Shown: in pieces, positions 10,005-20,878 of the stretch
Numbering within the stretch: the stretch's first letter is position 1
Layout of the letters: each line of letters starts with the position of its first letter
IMG/VR virus record: IMGVR_UViG_3300032268_001483
Location: 1-64,000 of that record
DNA: 64,000 nt
Strand: one strand, 5' to 3'
DNA from: a virus
Program-made: the position numbers and the translations under genes
The notes under the pieces: generated by a model
What the model saw: the letters and a program-made list of their open reading frames with translations, nothing else
Database searches by the model: none
Told to the model about the DNA's origin: nothing

Positions 10005-10030
10005 TGTTATATAATATTAGAAAGGGAAGT

Positions 10031-10348
10031 TTAATAACGATCCCTCCAAAAATTGAAATACGGTTCTTCTGCTATATCACATAATTTTTGGTAAGGGCAA
10101 TCATCATCACCTGCTTTTTCCCAAGTCCAATTATCTATGAAGGCATTTTGTTCATCGGTATATTTGGACTTATCCCATTGAAGTTCTTCAAGATGTAGGT
10201 AGTCAGCACCAGCGTCGTAGCTTTTAGCACCCCACCATTCATATTCTCCGATTCCATCGTTTTCGACTTTGAAATCTGATAGGTTTGCAAATATTTCTAC
10301 TTCACCGATAGTTGAAATTTCAACAAAAGTCTTGATTTGCGTATTCAT
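10031..10348 (-). CDS. Hypothetical protein
   Basis: 105 aa ORF, acidic and W-rich. Confidence 0.55.
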   Translation of the reverse strand: MNTQIKTFVEISTIGEVEIFANLSDFKVENDGIGEYEWWGAKSYDAGADYLHLEELQWDKSKYTDEQNAFIDNWTWEKAGDDDCPYQKLCDIAEEPYFNFWRDRY

Positions 10349-10394
10349 AGTTTTTTAATTGTTTATATATAGATTACTAAACAACACAAATGTA

Positions 10395-10754
10395 ATGAAA
10401 GTTCTCGTAATTCTGCTTTTATTTATAACAAATTTTTGCTATTCTCAGTCTTTTTATTTTGACTGTTATAGTCACACATCAAAGTCTAGCTATAGCGATT
10501 ATAGTAGATCTATGATAGGTATAGATGGTAAAATTTGGATAGACACCACAAAAAAGACTATACATATACAATCTGGTAACGTAATTAAGAATTTTGGAAT
10601 AACTAAGTGGGATAGATCGGAAGAATTTATAGAATGTGGTGATACTTATTTCTGGTTTAAAGATGAAGAGATAATAGTTAGAAAATGGATTGATGACAAA
10701 TATAGTTTGGGATTTATACAATTACATTTTATTTCAAAGGGATATAACTTGTGA
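10395..10754 (+). CDS. Hypothetical secreted protein
   Basis: Signal peptide MKVLVILLLFITNFCYSQ if started at ATG 10395 (track start 10359). Confidence 0.55.
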   Translation: MKVLVILLLFITNFCYSQSFYFDCYSHTSKSSYSDYSRSMIGIDGKIWIDTTKKTIHIQSGNVIKNFGITKWDRSEEFIECGDTYFWFKDEEIIVRKWIDDKYSLGFIQLHFISKGYNL

Positions 10755-10757
10755 TTT

Positions 10758-11192
10758 TTAATATTCATCAAATCTAATTGGAACTATCATTTTAACGCTT
10801 GTTTCTACACCATTTGAAAAACCAGGAGTCCATCTTAAGGTGGATTCGGCGATGGATTTAATCACTCTTAGTGCTTCTTCTTTTAGTCCACACCCATCTG
10901 TATTATCTTTGACTAGGGTTATGTCAGCCATTGTGCCGTTTGGTCTTATTATAAAACTGATTTCAACGATACCTTGGCAACCCATTTCTTGTGCCTGTCT
11001 CGGATATTTGATATTATTTTGAATAAGTTGTACGAATTGTGAGTTAGTACAGTTTAGTTGGTCGAATTTATCTATCAACATTTCACATCCGGGAAATATT
11101 GGCAATTGGTTTATATTGGTCAATTCCTGGTTGGTTTGAGCTGATAAATTAATAGTGAGTCCTAAAAGTGTGAGTAGTGTAATTTTTTTCAT
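10758..11192 (-). CDS. Secreted TonB C-terminal domain protein (Bacteroidota type)
   Basis: Cleavable signal peptide; PIFPGC..IKYPRQAQEMGCQGIVEISF..EEALRVIK..WTPG..V.M.VPIRF TonB_C pattern. Confidence 0.8.
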   Translation of the reverse strand: MKKITLLTLLGLTINLSAQTNQELTNINQLPIFPGCEMLIDKFDQLNCTNSQFVQLIQNNIKYPRQAQEMGCQGIVEISFIIRPNGTMADITLVKDNTDGCGLKEEALRVIKSIAESTLRWTPGFSNGVETSVKMIVPIRFDEY

Positions 11193-11211
11193 AGACTTTT
11201 TTGTTTAGAGG

Positions 11212-11817
11212 TTAAAAAATAAGTGAGTTTGGTAAGTAAAGCAAAGTTGGATTCTTCTTTTGTATATCTACTTTAGGATATTTCTTTTGAAATTCCATAA
11301 CATCGAATCTCTTGGTGATAAGGTGAAAACCATTTTTAGTAGGTATTTCTGCAATTATTTTATCTTCGCCAAAAGGTTGGCAACTATCAATCTGTAATTT
11401 GATATCTAAGAGTTCTTTAGTATCTTTGGTATCAACATCTACAATCCACCTTTTCTCATAAGTTTTGAGTTGACCTACAACAGAGTCAAATAAACCTTTT
11501 TGATTATGATTGCCATTCTTTATACGTTCTGCTAAAGCCATCATCATTTCTAGTGAAACATCGTGATGATTTTGTTTTTGTATATGAATATAGGCACGAG
11601 CCTTAAACATTTCACACAAATCAACAATCTCATTGAATCTTTTGTCTAAGTATTCTAAACTTTCAACAGTATAGGATTTAATAGTTCTAACTGATTGATG
11701 ATTATCTCTTTCATCTTCTGGTTGGTCTTTTTTACGTTTAAAAACATAAAGCATGTAGAAGTCACCAGGTTTTGAGAAATCTAATAGTGGTTTGATTAAG
11801 TCTATATTATTTATCAT
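11212..11817 (-). CDS. Hypothetical protein, possible AEP/prim-pol-like fold
   Basis: WIVDVD (DxD) and PTKNGFHLI (xxGxH) motifs; TAnnTTTG box at 11836-11843. Confidence 0.45.
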   Translation of the reverse strand: MINNIDLIKPLLDFSKPGDFYMLYVFKRKKDQPEDERDNHQSVRTIKSYTVESLEYLDKRFNEIVDLCEMFKARAYIHIQKQNHHDVSLEMMMALAERIKNGNHNQKGLFDSVVGQLKTYEKRWIVDVDTKDTKELLDIKLQIDSCQPFGEDKIIAEIPTKNGFHLITKRFDVMEFQKKYPKVDIQKKNPTLLYLPNSLIF

Positions 11818-11898
11818 TTGTTTTTAATTTGAATACAAATATAGGTAAATTTTTTGATTCAAACAAATTTAATATATAAATAAAAATAAAAATATTTT

Positions 11899-12681
11899 GT
11901 GAGAAGAATAAAAAATTGGAAAACTTGGATTACAGAATCTTTAGAACAGAATCCACTTACAAATTTACCAGATGGTGTCACATTGTATACTAATCGAATA
12001 GAAGCAACTGAAAAAAAAGAACAACTCTTTTTTGACAAAAGACAAAATAAAAAAGATAAGAGAGAAGAGTGGAATACATCACAAAGTGACTACTTGGGAA
12101 TATTGAAACTTTCAAAAAAATATAATCTGAAGCTAAGAATTGATAAATACACGTTATATGTTGAATCAAATGTAGGCGTCTTTTCAATAATCAAAATATC
12201 AGATTATTTTTATTGGTTAGAAAAACTTTCAAATTTTTTTGGTGCTAAATTACTTTCTTTTGAAATAGATCAATATGATTCATTAATATCATTAATAATA
12301 CAAATTTTAGAATCGGGTGATACATCACCAGAAATTTCCAAAGAGATATTTGATGAGGCAGAGATTGCTCAATATCATAATGTAGCTTGGCAAGAAAGAC
12401 AAGCAGATAATATCGATGATTGGAAAGGAAATTGGACTGATGAAGAAATTGAAAAATTATCTAATGTTTCTGGAGAATTAAGAGAAATATTTACAAATCA
12501 TTATAATTTCTTTAATGGGATTTTTCAAATATATGCAAGAAATAATACATTTATTTTAACTAAACTATCGAACAATGAATATTGGATAGAAAAAGATGCG
12601 TCTGGGAATGAAACGAAAGATAGATACTTTTTAGTTACAGGGATAAATAGTCTAGTATCATTTATCAAGACAATAATTTAA
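11899..12681 (+). CDS. Hypothetical protein with N-terminal tag
   Basis: GTG start, MRRIKNWKTWITES; TAATATATA at 11870-11878. Confidence 0.6.
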   Translation: MRRIKNWKTWITESLEQNPLTNLPDGVTLYTNRIEATEKKEQLFFDKRQNKKDKREEWNTSQSDYLGILKLSKKYNLKLRIDKYTLYVESNVGVFSIIKISDYFYWLEKLSNFFGAKLLSFEIDQYDSLISLIIQILESGDTSPEISKEIFDEAEIAQYHNVAWQERQADNIDDWKGNWTDEEIEKLSNVSGELREIFTNHYNFFNGIFQIYARNNTFILTKLSNNEYWIEKDASGNETKDRYFLVTGINSLVSFIKTII

Positions 12682-12708
12682 AAAAAACACTCATTTGAGT
12701 GTTTTTTT
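12681..12708. terminator. Bidirectional intrinsic terminator
   Basis: A7-CACTC-ATTT-GAGTG-T-run between converging genes. Confidence 0.7.
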
Positions 12709-12709
12709 T

Positions 12710-13408
12710 TTATCTTTTTACTTTAACTTTTACACCGAAATCTTTTTTACTACTATTTCGGTAACTACTTTTTTGTTCATTTACTTTAACAGTTACCTTT
12801 TTAGAAACCTTTACTTTAAATTTATCTTCCCAAGGAACAAATAGATTTCCTTCAGCAATAACTTCAAGTCTAATGTCACCAACTTGACCTTCTTTCAAGA
12901 TACTTAGTTTTTTAAGTGGTATAATACATTTACCACCTTTTAACTCACCATAAAACATAAGTGTCCAATCTCCTGATTCCACAACAAGTCTGGCTTGAGT
13001 TTGTTTTGGATCGGCACCTTGAATTGAAATATCACAGATAAAATTTTCTGATTTATCTGCATACAAATTATAGAAGTTCTCATTTTTCGATTCATCAAGG
13101 AATTCTTCTTCCGTTACTTCCTCCTCTTCCTCTTCTATTTTTTCGTAACTAGGTTCATAATCAATTTCTTGTTCTGAGTCCTCATATGAATCTTCTTCAC
13201 TTTCTTCTGAGTCTTCTATATTGTCAGCCATAAATGATTCATAGATTGAAGTTTCCTCTTCTTCAGAACTTTCTTCTGTTTCGTTAGAATACTCTTCAAT
13301 TTCTTCTTCCTTTTCTTCTGATTCTAATACAGAATATTTCTTTTTTGAGATTTTATTGAATTTATCTTCATTAAGAAAATCACCGAATTTAAAAATATTA
13401 TCTTTCAT
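12710..13408 (-). CDS. Tagged protein with acidic N-half and beta-rich C-domain (putative virion protein)
   Basis: MKDNIFKFGDFLNE; long E/D/S tract. Confidence 0.55.
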   Translation of the reverse strand: MKDNIFKFGDFLNEDKFNKISKKKYSVLESEEKEEEIEEYSNETEESSEEEETSIYESFMADNIEDSEESEEDSYEDSEQEIDYEPSYEKIEEEEEEVTEEEFLDESKNENFYNLYADKSENFICDISIQGADPKQTQARLVVESGDWTLMFYGELKGGKCIIPLKKLSILKEGQVGDIRLEVIAEGNLFVPWEDKFKVKVSKKVTVKVNEQKSSYRNSSKKDFGVKVKVKR

Positions 13409-13426
13409 AGAAATATATATTTTATT

Positions 13427-13762
13427 TTAAAAGTCAACTTTGACATTTATTGATTCTTTTATAAATCTTTCAAATTCATTTGTAGAAATTTTGATATTAT
13501 TATCATCTACTTCTCTTGATTCATCAAATTCTAAGTTATTCAATTTACAATATACACTGATTACTTTTTTGGTTTTTTCTTTACCAATTTCTTTATTTAG
13601 TTGTTTCCAGGGGTTGTTATCTACATATTCTTTATAACCATAACCGCCCCCACCTCTGATAACTTTTTCTACTTCAATTAGCAAAACAATTTCTTCCCAA
13701 AGTAAGTCAATATTTTCCCAATTAACATTCAAATCTTCCCATTTTATGTAAATTTTTGACAA
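13427..13762 (-). CDS. Hypothetical protein
   Basis: 111 aa ORF; TAATATATA at 13811-13819 (minus strand). Confidence 0.55.
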   Translation of the reverse strand: MSKIYIKWEDLNVNWENIDLLWEEIVLLIEVEKVIRGGGGYGYKEYVDNNPWKQLNKEIGKEKTKKVISVYCKLNNLEFDESREVDDNNIKISTNEFERFIKESINVKVDF

Positions 13763-13852
13763 TTTAGTAACTTATTATTTTTTGAGATATTTCAACAAAA
13801 CGATGTTTCATATATATTAAATAAATATGGCTTTGCTAAAAAAACTTAAAGC

Positions 13853-15352
<1,500 letters not shown>

Positions 15353-15393
15353 AAAAAACTTTAAAAAAATTATAAAGTTTGGAACAAAATCAA

Positions 15394-15401
15394 TATATTT
15401 G
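15394..15401 (+). promoter_or_regulatory. Bacteroidota-type -7 promoter box (TAnnTTTG), representative site
   Basis: TATATTTG here; others at 6643(-), 11836(-), 21526(+), 23276(-), 25249(-), 30374(+), 36618(+), each shortly upstream of an untagged gene. Confidence 0.65.
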
Positions 15402-15426
15402 TAGTTTTAAAAACAAAAACTTATTT

Positions 15427-16716
15427 ATGATAAAGCCAGTAGAAATTGTAACAATCTCAAAATTAACACCTATCTTCAAAGATGGACAAGAAGCAAATTC
15501 AATCGCCGTTGCAAATTTCAACTTCGAAAACGGAGATGAATGCGCCTATAATGTAATCTGTCAAAAATCATTCTATAAAATCGGTGATAAGGCAATCTAT
15601 ATTCAACCTGATTACTGCCTAAGTGAACTCACAATTTTTGATAGCTTCACAAAACCAGAGGACAATCCAAAGAAATCTAAATTAGGTGCACACAACAGAA
15701 TTAGAGCAATCAAATTCAATTTCTCTTTCTCCGATAGTAGCGACCCTATTTACTCTTTTGGTATCTTAATGCCTATTTCTGAAGTTAAAGAATTCCTAGG
15801 TGATAATTATGATGATACCAATCTTGTTGACTTACTACAAATCAAGAAATTTGAAGAACCCGAAACAGGTGGATCTGGTTTGACTGCTGGTGACTTTCCA
15901 AGTTTTATGTATAAAACTGACGAAGAAAACTCCGCAAATCTAAAAACTAAAATCAGTCAACTTTGTGATGGTCAAACCGATATGGGATTCACTATCAAGA
16001 GAGATGGTTCTAGTATCACAGTCTACTTCAAAAGAGATGAAAATGATGAATGGACCTGGGGTGTTTGCTCAAGAACAATGGAAAAAAAGAAGGAACAATC
16101 TTATGTCAGCAAATATATTAGTGAAAGTATGACTTTGACTAAATATTTGAATAGTGAAACTAAAGAAATGGGTTGGTTTGATAATGAAACTAAAACTTTC
16201 TATACTCAATCCCAAGTTGATTCTCTTGTTGAGGGAGGTGAAGTTTTAGAAGAAAGAACTGAAGTTAAAGATTCTTGGATTGAATTAGCTAAGAATTCTG
16301 GACTTATTGAAAGAGGTATGAAATATTGCCAAGACAATAATGTTCAGTTAGCATTCAGAGGTGAGATTTACGGACAAGGTTTGAAAGGTTCTGGAAACAA
16401 ATTAAATCCAGACTCTAATGGAAAACAATCTATCTTAATTTTTGGTATAGATTCATTGGATGGTGGTTTTTCTCTTCGTCAAAACTATGGAGATAAACAT
16501 AACTTACAATGGGTTTGTGAGGCTATTGAAATCAACTATACCAAGTCTATTTGGGCGAGACCTACTTCTTATGAACACTTCGGACAAATTTGTGATGAGA
16601 TTATTAGTTTGGAAAAAACTTGTGGTAGAGTAATCGAAGGTGTTGTAGTTAGAACAAGATTTAGTAACAAACTTTCTTGTAAATGGATGAACTCAGAGTA
16701 TGATGCAAAAAAGTAA
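15427..16716 (+). CDS. RNA ligase, Rnl2/DRB0094-like with N-terminal OB-type domain
   Basis: KRDGSS (motif I), FRGEIYG, EGVVVR, KWMNSEY; likely ATG at 15427, since the track TTG start 15379 lies upstream of the promoter box at 15394-15401. Confidence 0.85.
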   Translation: MIKPVEIVTISKLTPIFKDGQEANSIAVANFNFENGDECAYNVICQKSFYKIGDKAIYIQPDYCLSELTIFDSFTKPEDNPKKSKLGAHNRIRAIKFNFSFSDSSDPIYSFGILMPISEVKEFLGDNYDDTNLVDLLQIKKFEEPETGGSGLTAGDFPSFMYKTDEENSANLKTKISQLCDGQTDMGFTIKRDGSSITVYFKRDENDEWTWGVCSRTMEKKKEQSYVSKYISESMTLTKYLNSETKEMGWFDNETKTFYTQSQVDSLVEGGEVLEERTEVKDSWIELAKNSGLIERGMKYCQDNNVQLAFRGEIYGQGLKGSGNKLNPDSNGKQSILIFGIDSLDGGFSLRQNYGDKHNLQWVCEAIEINYTKSIWARPTSYEHFGQICDEIISLEKTCGRVIEGVVVRTRFSNKLSCKWMNSEYDAKK

Positions 16717-16730
16717 TATATAATAATGAT

Positions 16731-16934
16731 ATGGAAGAAAAAGATAAAATAGATTTAACTTTCCGAGAATTGAAGATGAATATCAATTCAATGTATGGTA
16801 ATACAGGAAGAAATGGTCGTGTATATAATCAAATAGATATTGCAGCTGAAATCGAAAAATTCAAGAAACTGAGAAACTCTTTGATGATACAAACAGAAAG
16901 AGCAGAAAAAATTGATATCATTCTAAAAGATTAA
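16731..16934 (+). CDS. Small protein with C-terminal tag
   Basis: Ends ERAEKIDIILKD; contains KMNINSMYG. Confidence 0.55.
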   Translation: MEEKDKIDLTFRELKMNINSMYGNTGRNGRVYNQIDIAAEIEKFKKLRNSLMIQTERAEKIDIILKD

Positions 16935-16945
16935 ACATAAATAAA

Positions 16946-17161
16946 ATGAGAGAAGAAAAAAACTTTGACCACGAAATAAACAAGGATCACATCAATACGA
17001 TCAAAAATATAATGGACAAATTGTCCGGTGAAAGAGTTACTACTGAGACTTACAGGGAGTCATTAAAAATGCTTGACTCTTTGTATCAAGAAAGACTAAG
17101 TTTAAAAAATTCTTTGAACCGTGATGAAAAAATTGACATTATATTAGATGGAATGGATTAG
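16946..17161 (+). CDS. Small protein with C-terminal tag
   Basis: Ends NRDEKIDIILDGMD. Confidence 0.55.
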   Translation: MREEKNFDHEINKDHINTIKNIMDKLSGERVTTETYRESLKMLDSLYQERLSLKNSLNRDEKIDIILDGMD

Positions 17162-17378
17162 TGTAAAAGAAAGGTTACCTGACTGCACTTCTCAACATAG
17201 AAACCACTATGGTAGTGGATATCTACTTGGTTATACAAAGTATAATGAAGTAGAAATTACACAACTTTGGAAAGTATATACCGAAGATTCAGTGATATAT
17301 GAATGGGAAGGGCAAGATGGCGAAGATGATTATATTACACATTGGATGCCGATGCCGAAATCTCCACTAAAAGATTAG
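17148..17378 (+). CDS. DUF551-like phage protein
   Basis: MEWISVKERLP ... ITHWMPMPKSP. Confidence 0.8.
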   Translation: MEWISVKERLPDCTSQHRNHYGSGYLLGYTKYNEVEITQLWKVYTEDSVIYEWEGQDGEDDYITHWMPMPKSPLKD

Positions 17379-17390
17379 TGGAGATTTTTT
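17358..17390 (+). terminator. Intrinsic terminator
   Basis: 13 bp stem aaatctccactaa/ttagtggagattt plus T-run. Confidence 0.7.
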
Positions 17391-17402
17391 ATATATAGAT
17401 TC

Positions 17403-18113
17403 ATGAAATATCTTAAAACATTTGAATCTCACTCAAATAATTATTTTGATTTAGACTTTTCGAAAATAGAAACCACTGATACAAGAGGGTATTACTCTAT
17501 ATTGGAAATTCTCAAAACTAAAGAATTAGACCTACAAGAATTTTTGAGTGATGTTCGTTTTAACCTACTTCAATTCGGTCTAATAACAGAATCAACTAAT
17601 TTTAAATTAATAGGTACTGGACAATATGGTATCGCCTTTTCATTCTATGACAAAGTTTTAAAAGTTACTACTTCCAAAAAAGAATTTGATACTTCTTATG
17701 AATTCATTGATATGGAATATGAAGGAGCTGTTAGATACTATTTAGCCTTTCAGTATTTGAATTTACCATTATGGATTATTATCCAAGATAAGTTGAGTAC
17801 ATTACCTAAAATGGAGAGAGATATTTATACAACACTCTATTATTTAGGGGCGAACGATATGGATAACCCTGAATTTAGTAGTGTAGAAGAGTTGATATCT
17901 GCACTACAAAGACGATTAAAAAATCCAAACGAAGAAGATGAGCTACCATCTTATGAAATTAGAAAGCGTGATTTAAGAGAATATTTTAGAAAATATTCTG
18001 AACTTAGAGATAAATTGATAGCAAATGGTATATCAGTAGATGATTTACACGGAGAAAATATTGGATTGAAAGATGGACAAATAGTTCACTTTGATATAAT
18101 GAAAGTTGATTAG
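17403..18113 (+). CDS. Protein kinase-like (ePK/APH fold) protein with N-terminal tag
   Basis: MKYLKTFES start; IGTGQYGIAF (Gly loop), VLKVT (Lys), DLHGENIG (catalytic loop), HFDI. Confidence 0.75.
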   Translation: MKYLKTFESHSNNYFDLDFSKIETTDTRGYYSILEILKTKELDLQEFLSDVRFNLLQFGLITESTNFKLIGTGQYGIAFSFYDKVLKVTTSKKEFDTSYEFIDMEYEGAVRYYLAFQYLNLPLWIIIQDKLSTLPKMERDIYTTLYYLGANDMDNPEFSSVEELISALQRRLKNPNEEDELPSYEIRKRDLREYFRKYSELRDKLIANGISVDDLHGENIGLKDGQIVHFDIMKVD

Positions 18114-18532
18114 TTTATTACACCAAAACCTCTCATTATGTTTAGTAATTCCTCATGTAGATTTCCGATTTTTCTCGGTGTACTTTTAGATAAATAAAGT
18201 TCTACGTTATTTGGTGAAACCCAAGGTGTTACACCATTATCATCAATTTGTAATACATATTTTATTTTTGAAAGAGCCTCTGCAATTTTCCTTTCATCTC
18301 TTGAGTTTGCAGCATTTTTCAAAAGTTTGAGATGTATAGTTAGTGCTTCTACTTCTTTTTCAAACTTACTTAGAAACATGGTTTTAATTACATTTCTATA
18401 GAATACAAATAACTTGTCTGAATTTAGTTTATTCGTGGTAACATCTATATTCATAAGGAATTTCTCCAGATTAAAAACTTTATTATCTGACATAAAATCT
18501 TCGAATAGTTTAATATAATTTGTTTTTTTCAT
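18110..18532 (-). CDS. Hypothetical protein with N-terminal tag
   Basis: MKKTNYIKLFEDF. Confidence 0.6.
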   Translation of the reverse strand: MKKTNYIKLFEDFMSDNKVFNLEKFLMNIDVTTNKLNSDKLFVFYRNVIKTMFLSKFEKEVEALTIHLKLLKNAANSRDERKIAEALSKIKYVLQIDDNGVTPWVSPNNVELYLSKSTPRKIGNLHEELLNIMRGFGVIN

Positions 18533-18540
18533 AAGTGTTA

Positions 18541-18801
18541 TTATTTTTTCTTATTGATAAATTCTTCTACTTTACCTTTTATATCTTGGTTTTTCAGTTT
18601 TCCACTAATAACACTTGATGCAATAGAAAATAGTGGGTCTTTTTGATAACGAATTGCCCATTTTTTTCTATCTTCCTTCATTACTTTATAGTTTTTGAGC
18701 ATATCATTTACTTTCTTAACCATATCAATAACTTCTTGTGAATCCTTTTTTGATTCAAATATATCTCCGGAGAAATTTTCAAATAATTTTAAATGTTTCA
18801 T
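18541..18801 (-). CDS. Hypothetical protein with N-terminal tag
   Basis: MKHLKLFENF; TAATATATA at 18817-18825 (minus strand). Confidence 0.65.
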   Translation of the reverse strand: MKHLKLFENFSGDIFESKKDSQEVIDMVKKVNDMLKNYKVMKEDRKKWAIRYQKDPLFSIASSVISGKLKNQDIKGKVEEFINKKK

Positions 18802-18838
18802 AATTAATTTTATTTTTATATATTAAATTTCTAAAACT

Positions 18839-20824
18839 TTAATTAACAGTTACTGTCCATCCGAGTCCGACTAAGTTCGTTTTTGCAGTTTCTCCCGCAC
18901 CAGTCGGTGCTTGATTTGTACCACCACTTAAATCTAAAGTAGTTGGTGTTACACCGGAAGATTCAAGAGCTATCAGTATATTGTTTACTGTGGTTTCAGA
19001 TAGTGCATTATTGGCAAAATTATAAGTTGCCGCAGCAAATCCAGAGGCTCCTATGACTAAATCTGTCAAAGAAGTATTTGAATTAATTCCACAATTCCCA
19101 ACTACCGTTTGTAGAGCTGAGAGATTCAAAGCTGTCAATCCAGCTAAGGTATATAATTCTAAATCATCTCCGACTGTTGTCAAAGAATTTAAATCAATAG
19201 TAACTAAATTGTTTTGACCGTTCATATTTAATTCTCCACTAACTGTTCCTAATAACGGTAAATTTACAGTCGTTAAACTAGTATTTGAATAAATTTGACA
19301 ATCACCGACTATATTTACTAAAGAAGGGAAATCTAATAAAGTTATATTTTCATTCGAATAAATATTGTTGCTCGAACCAATAGTTTGTAAAGAGGAAAAA
19401 TCCACTGATGTCAAAACACCATTCGAATAAATGTAATTATCAGAATTGATTCCAGTTAATTGTGGTAAACTAATTGTCTCTAATGAAGGATTGTTATTAA
19501 TAGTGCTATAACTATTTATTATTTCTAATAATGGAAGACTCAATGCTGTTAGACCTACATTATAAATTTCATTCGCTCCTTGAATATACTTCAAATTTGA
19601 AATACTCAAATTCAACAAATTTGGATTATCGTAAAGTCCATTATTATTACTAACTGTACCTAAACTTGATAAATCTATTGATACAAGTGCAGGATTATTA
19701 AAGATACTATTATTGGAATCAACAAATAATAAATTTGAAAAATCTACTGTTTCTAAGTAAGTGTTTTCATACACGGAATTTTCACCAACGACTACTTCTA
19801 AAGATGGCATACTTAGTGCTGTTAATCCAAGATCTCTAATTTTATTTTCTCCACCAATATATTTCAAATTTTGAACATTGAGAGTTGTTAATAGTGGATT
19901 CGTAAAAATTTGATTGTTTGAACTTACAGTTCCTAAAATGGATAAATCTATAGATATAAGTGATGGATTATCATTAATTACATTAAGTCCTACATTTTTT
20001 AACGCAGATAGATTTATCGTCTGTAAATTTGCATTTCCATATATTTGATTATCAGTGTTCAGTGACTCCAAAGACGATAAATTTAAATCCGTTATCGAAT
20101 TAGAATATATTGCATTACTATCAGCAATTTTTAGATTCGATAGATTCAAATTCGTAAGTGATGAATTGGTATAGATACTATTGCTCGTTCTAACATATTC
20201 AAGCGAAGATAAGTCTAAATCTGTTAGATTTGTTTCAAATATAGTATTACTACCATCTACACGCTGAAGAGATCCAATTAGTAAATTAGATAAGTCACTT
20301 ATTGCATTACTACCTACATACAATAATGATGATAAATCAACAGATAAAGAAGCATTATTATCAGCAAATGAATTGTCTGAACTAATATATTTCAAAGAGC
20401 TTAAATCGATTGTTGTTAGTTCGGTATTTCCTATAATGAGGCTATCGTGTCCGATTGATTCTAAGTTTGATAAATTCAAATTAGTCAGAGATAGGTTATT
20501 TTGAATAGAAATCAAATCTCCACAAGTTTTTAAGTTAGAAATATCCAAATCTGTAATCTCTGTGTATGAAGCCTCAATTTTATTAATTACGGTTTGAGTT
20601 GTAGAATCTGAAATTGAACCAGTTCCAAAAATTTTGTAATTTATTACAACCTGGCTATCTGTACTATCATTAAATTTATTAGGTATTGGTAAAGTGACAA
20701 CCGAACTAACAGTAGCACCAGATTTCACTGAAGCTGAATTATTTTCTATTCCAAAATATTTATATCCTGATGGTGCGTTTCCTGTACTTGTCAATCCGTT
20801 CTCTTTCAAAATAATCTTTCTCAT
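18839..20824 (-). CDS. Receptor L-domain-like leucine-rich repeat protein (putative fibre/receptor-binding protein)
   Basis: More than 20 repeats of ~22 aa (LxxLxxVxxxNxIxxNxxLxxIx); C-terminal ..LDLSGGTN..G.TAK..L..GWTV. Confidence 0.65.
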   Translation of the reverse strand: MRKIILKENGLTSTGNAPSGYKYFGIENNSASVKSGATVSSVVTLPIPNKFNDSTDSQVVINYKIFGTGSISDSTTQTVINKIEASYTEITDLDISNLKTCGDLISIQNNLSLTNLNLSNLESIGHDSLIIGNTELTTIDLSSLKYISSDNSFADNNASLSVDLSSLLYVGSNAISDLSNLLIGSLQRVDGSNTIFETNLTDLDLSSLEYVRTSNSIYTNSSLTNLNLSNLKIADSNAIYSNSITDLNLSSLESLNTDNQIYGNANLQTINLSALKNVGLNVINDNPSLISIDLSILGTVSSNNQIFTNPLLTTLNVQNLKYIGGENKIRDLGLTALSMPSLEVVVGENSVYENTYLETVDFSNLLFVDSNNSIFNNPALVSIDLSSLGTVSNNNGLYDNPNLLNLSISNLKYIQGANEIYNVGLTALSLPLLEIINSYSTINNNPSLETISLPQLTGINSDNYIYSNGVLTSVDFSSLQTIGSSNNIYSNENITLLDFPSLVNIVGDCQIYSNTSLTTVNLPLLGTVSGELNMNGQNNLVTIDLNSLTTVGDDLELYTLAGLTALNLSALQTVVGNCGINSNTSLTDLVIGASGFAAATYNFANNALSETTVNNILIALESSGVTPTTLDLSGGTNQAPTGAGETAKTNLVGLGWTVTVN

Positions 20825-20842
20825 TACGACTTTTTTTATTTA

Positions 20843-20858
20843 TATATATTAATATATA
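20843..20858. promoter_or_regulatory. Back-to-back T[AT]ATATATA putative late-promoter boxes
   Basis: TAATATATA on both strands between divergent genes 18839-20824 and 20879-21085; the same 9-mer precedes about 20 starts. Confidence 0.5.
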
Positions 20859-20878
20859 AATAAAAATAAATCTTATTT

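Noticed and set aside
18839-20824. Diversity-generating retroelement target or variable repeat
   Set aside because: No reverse transcriptase and no near-identical template/variable repeat pair differing at adenines in this window.
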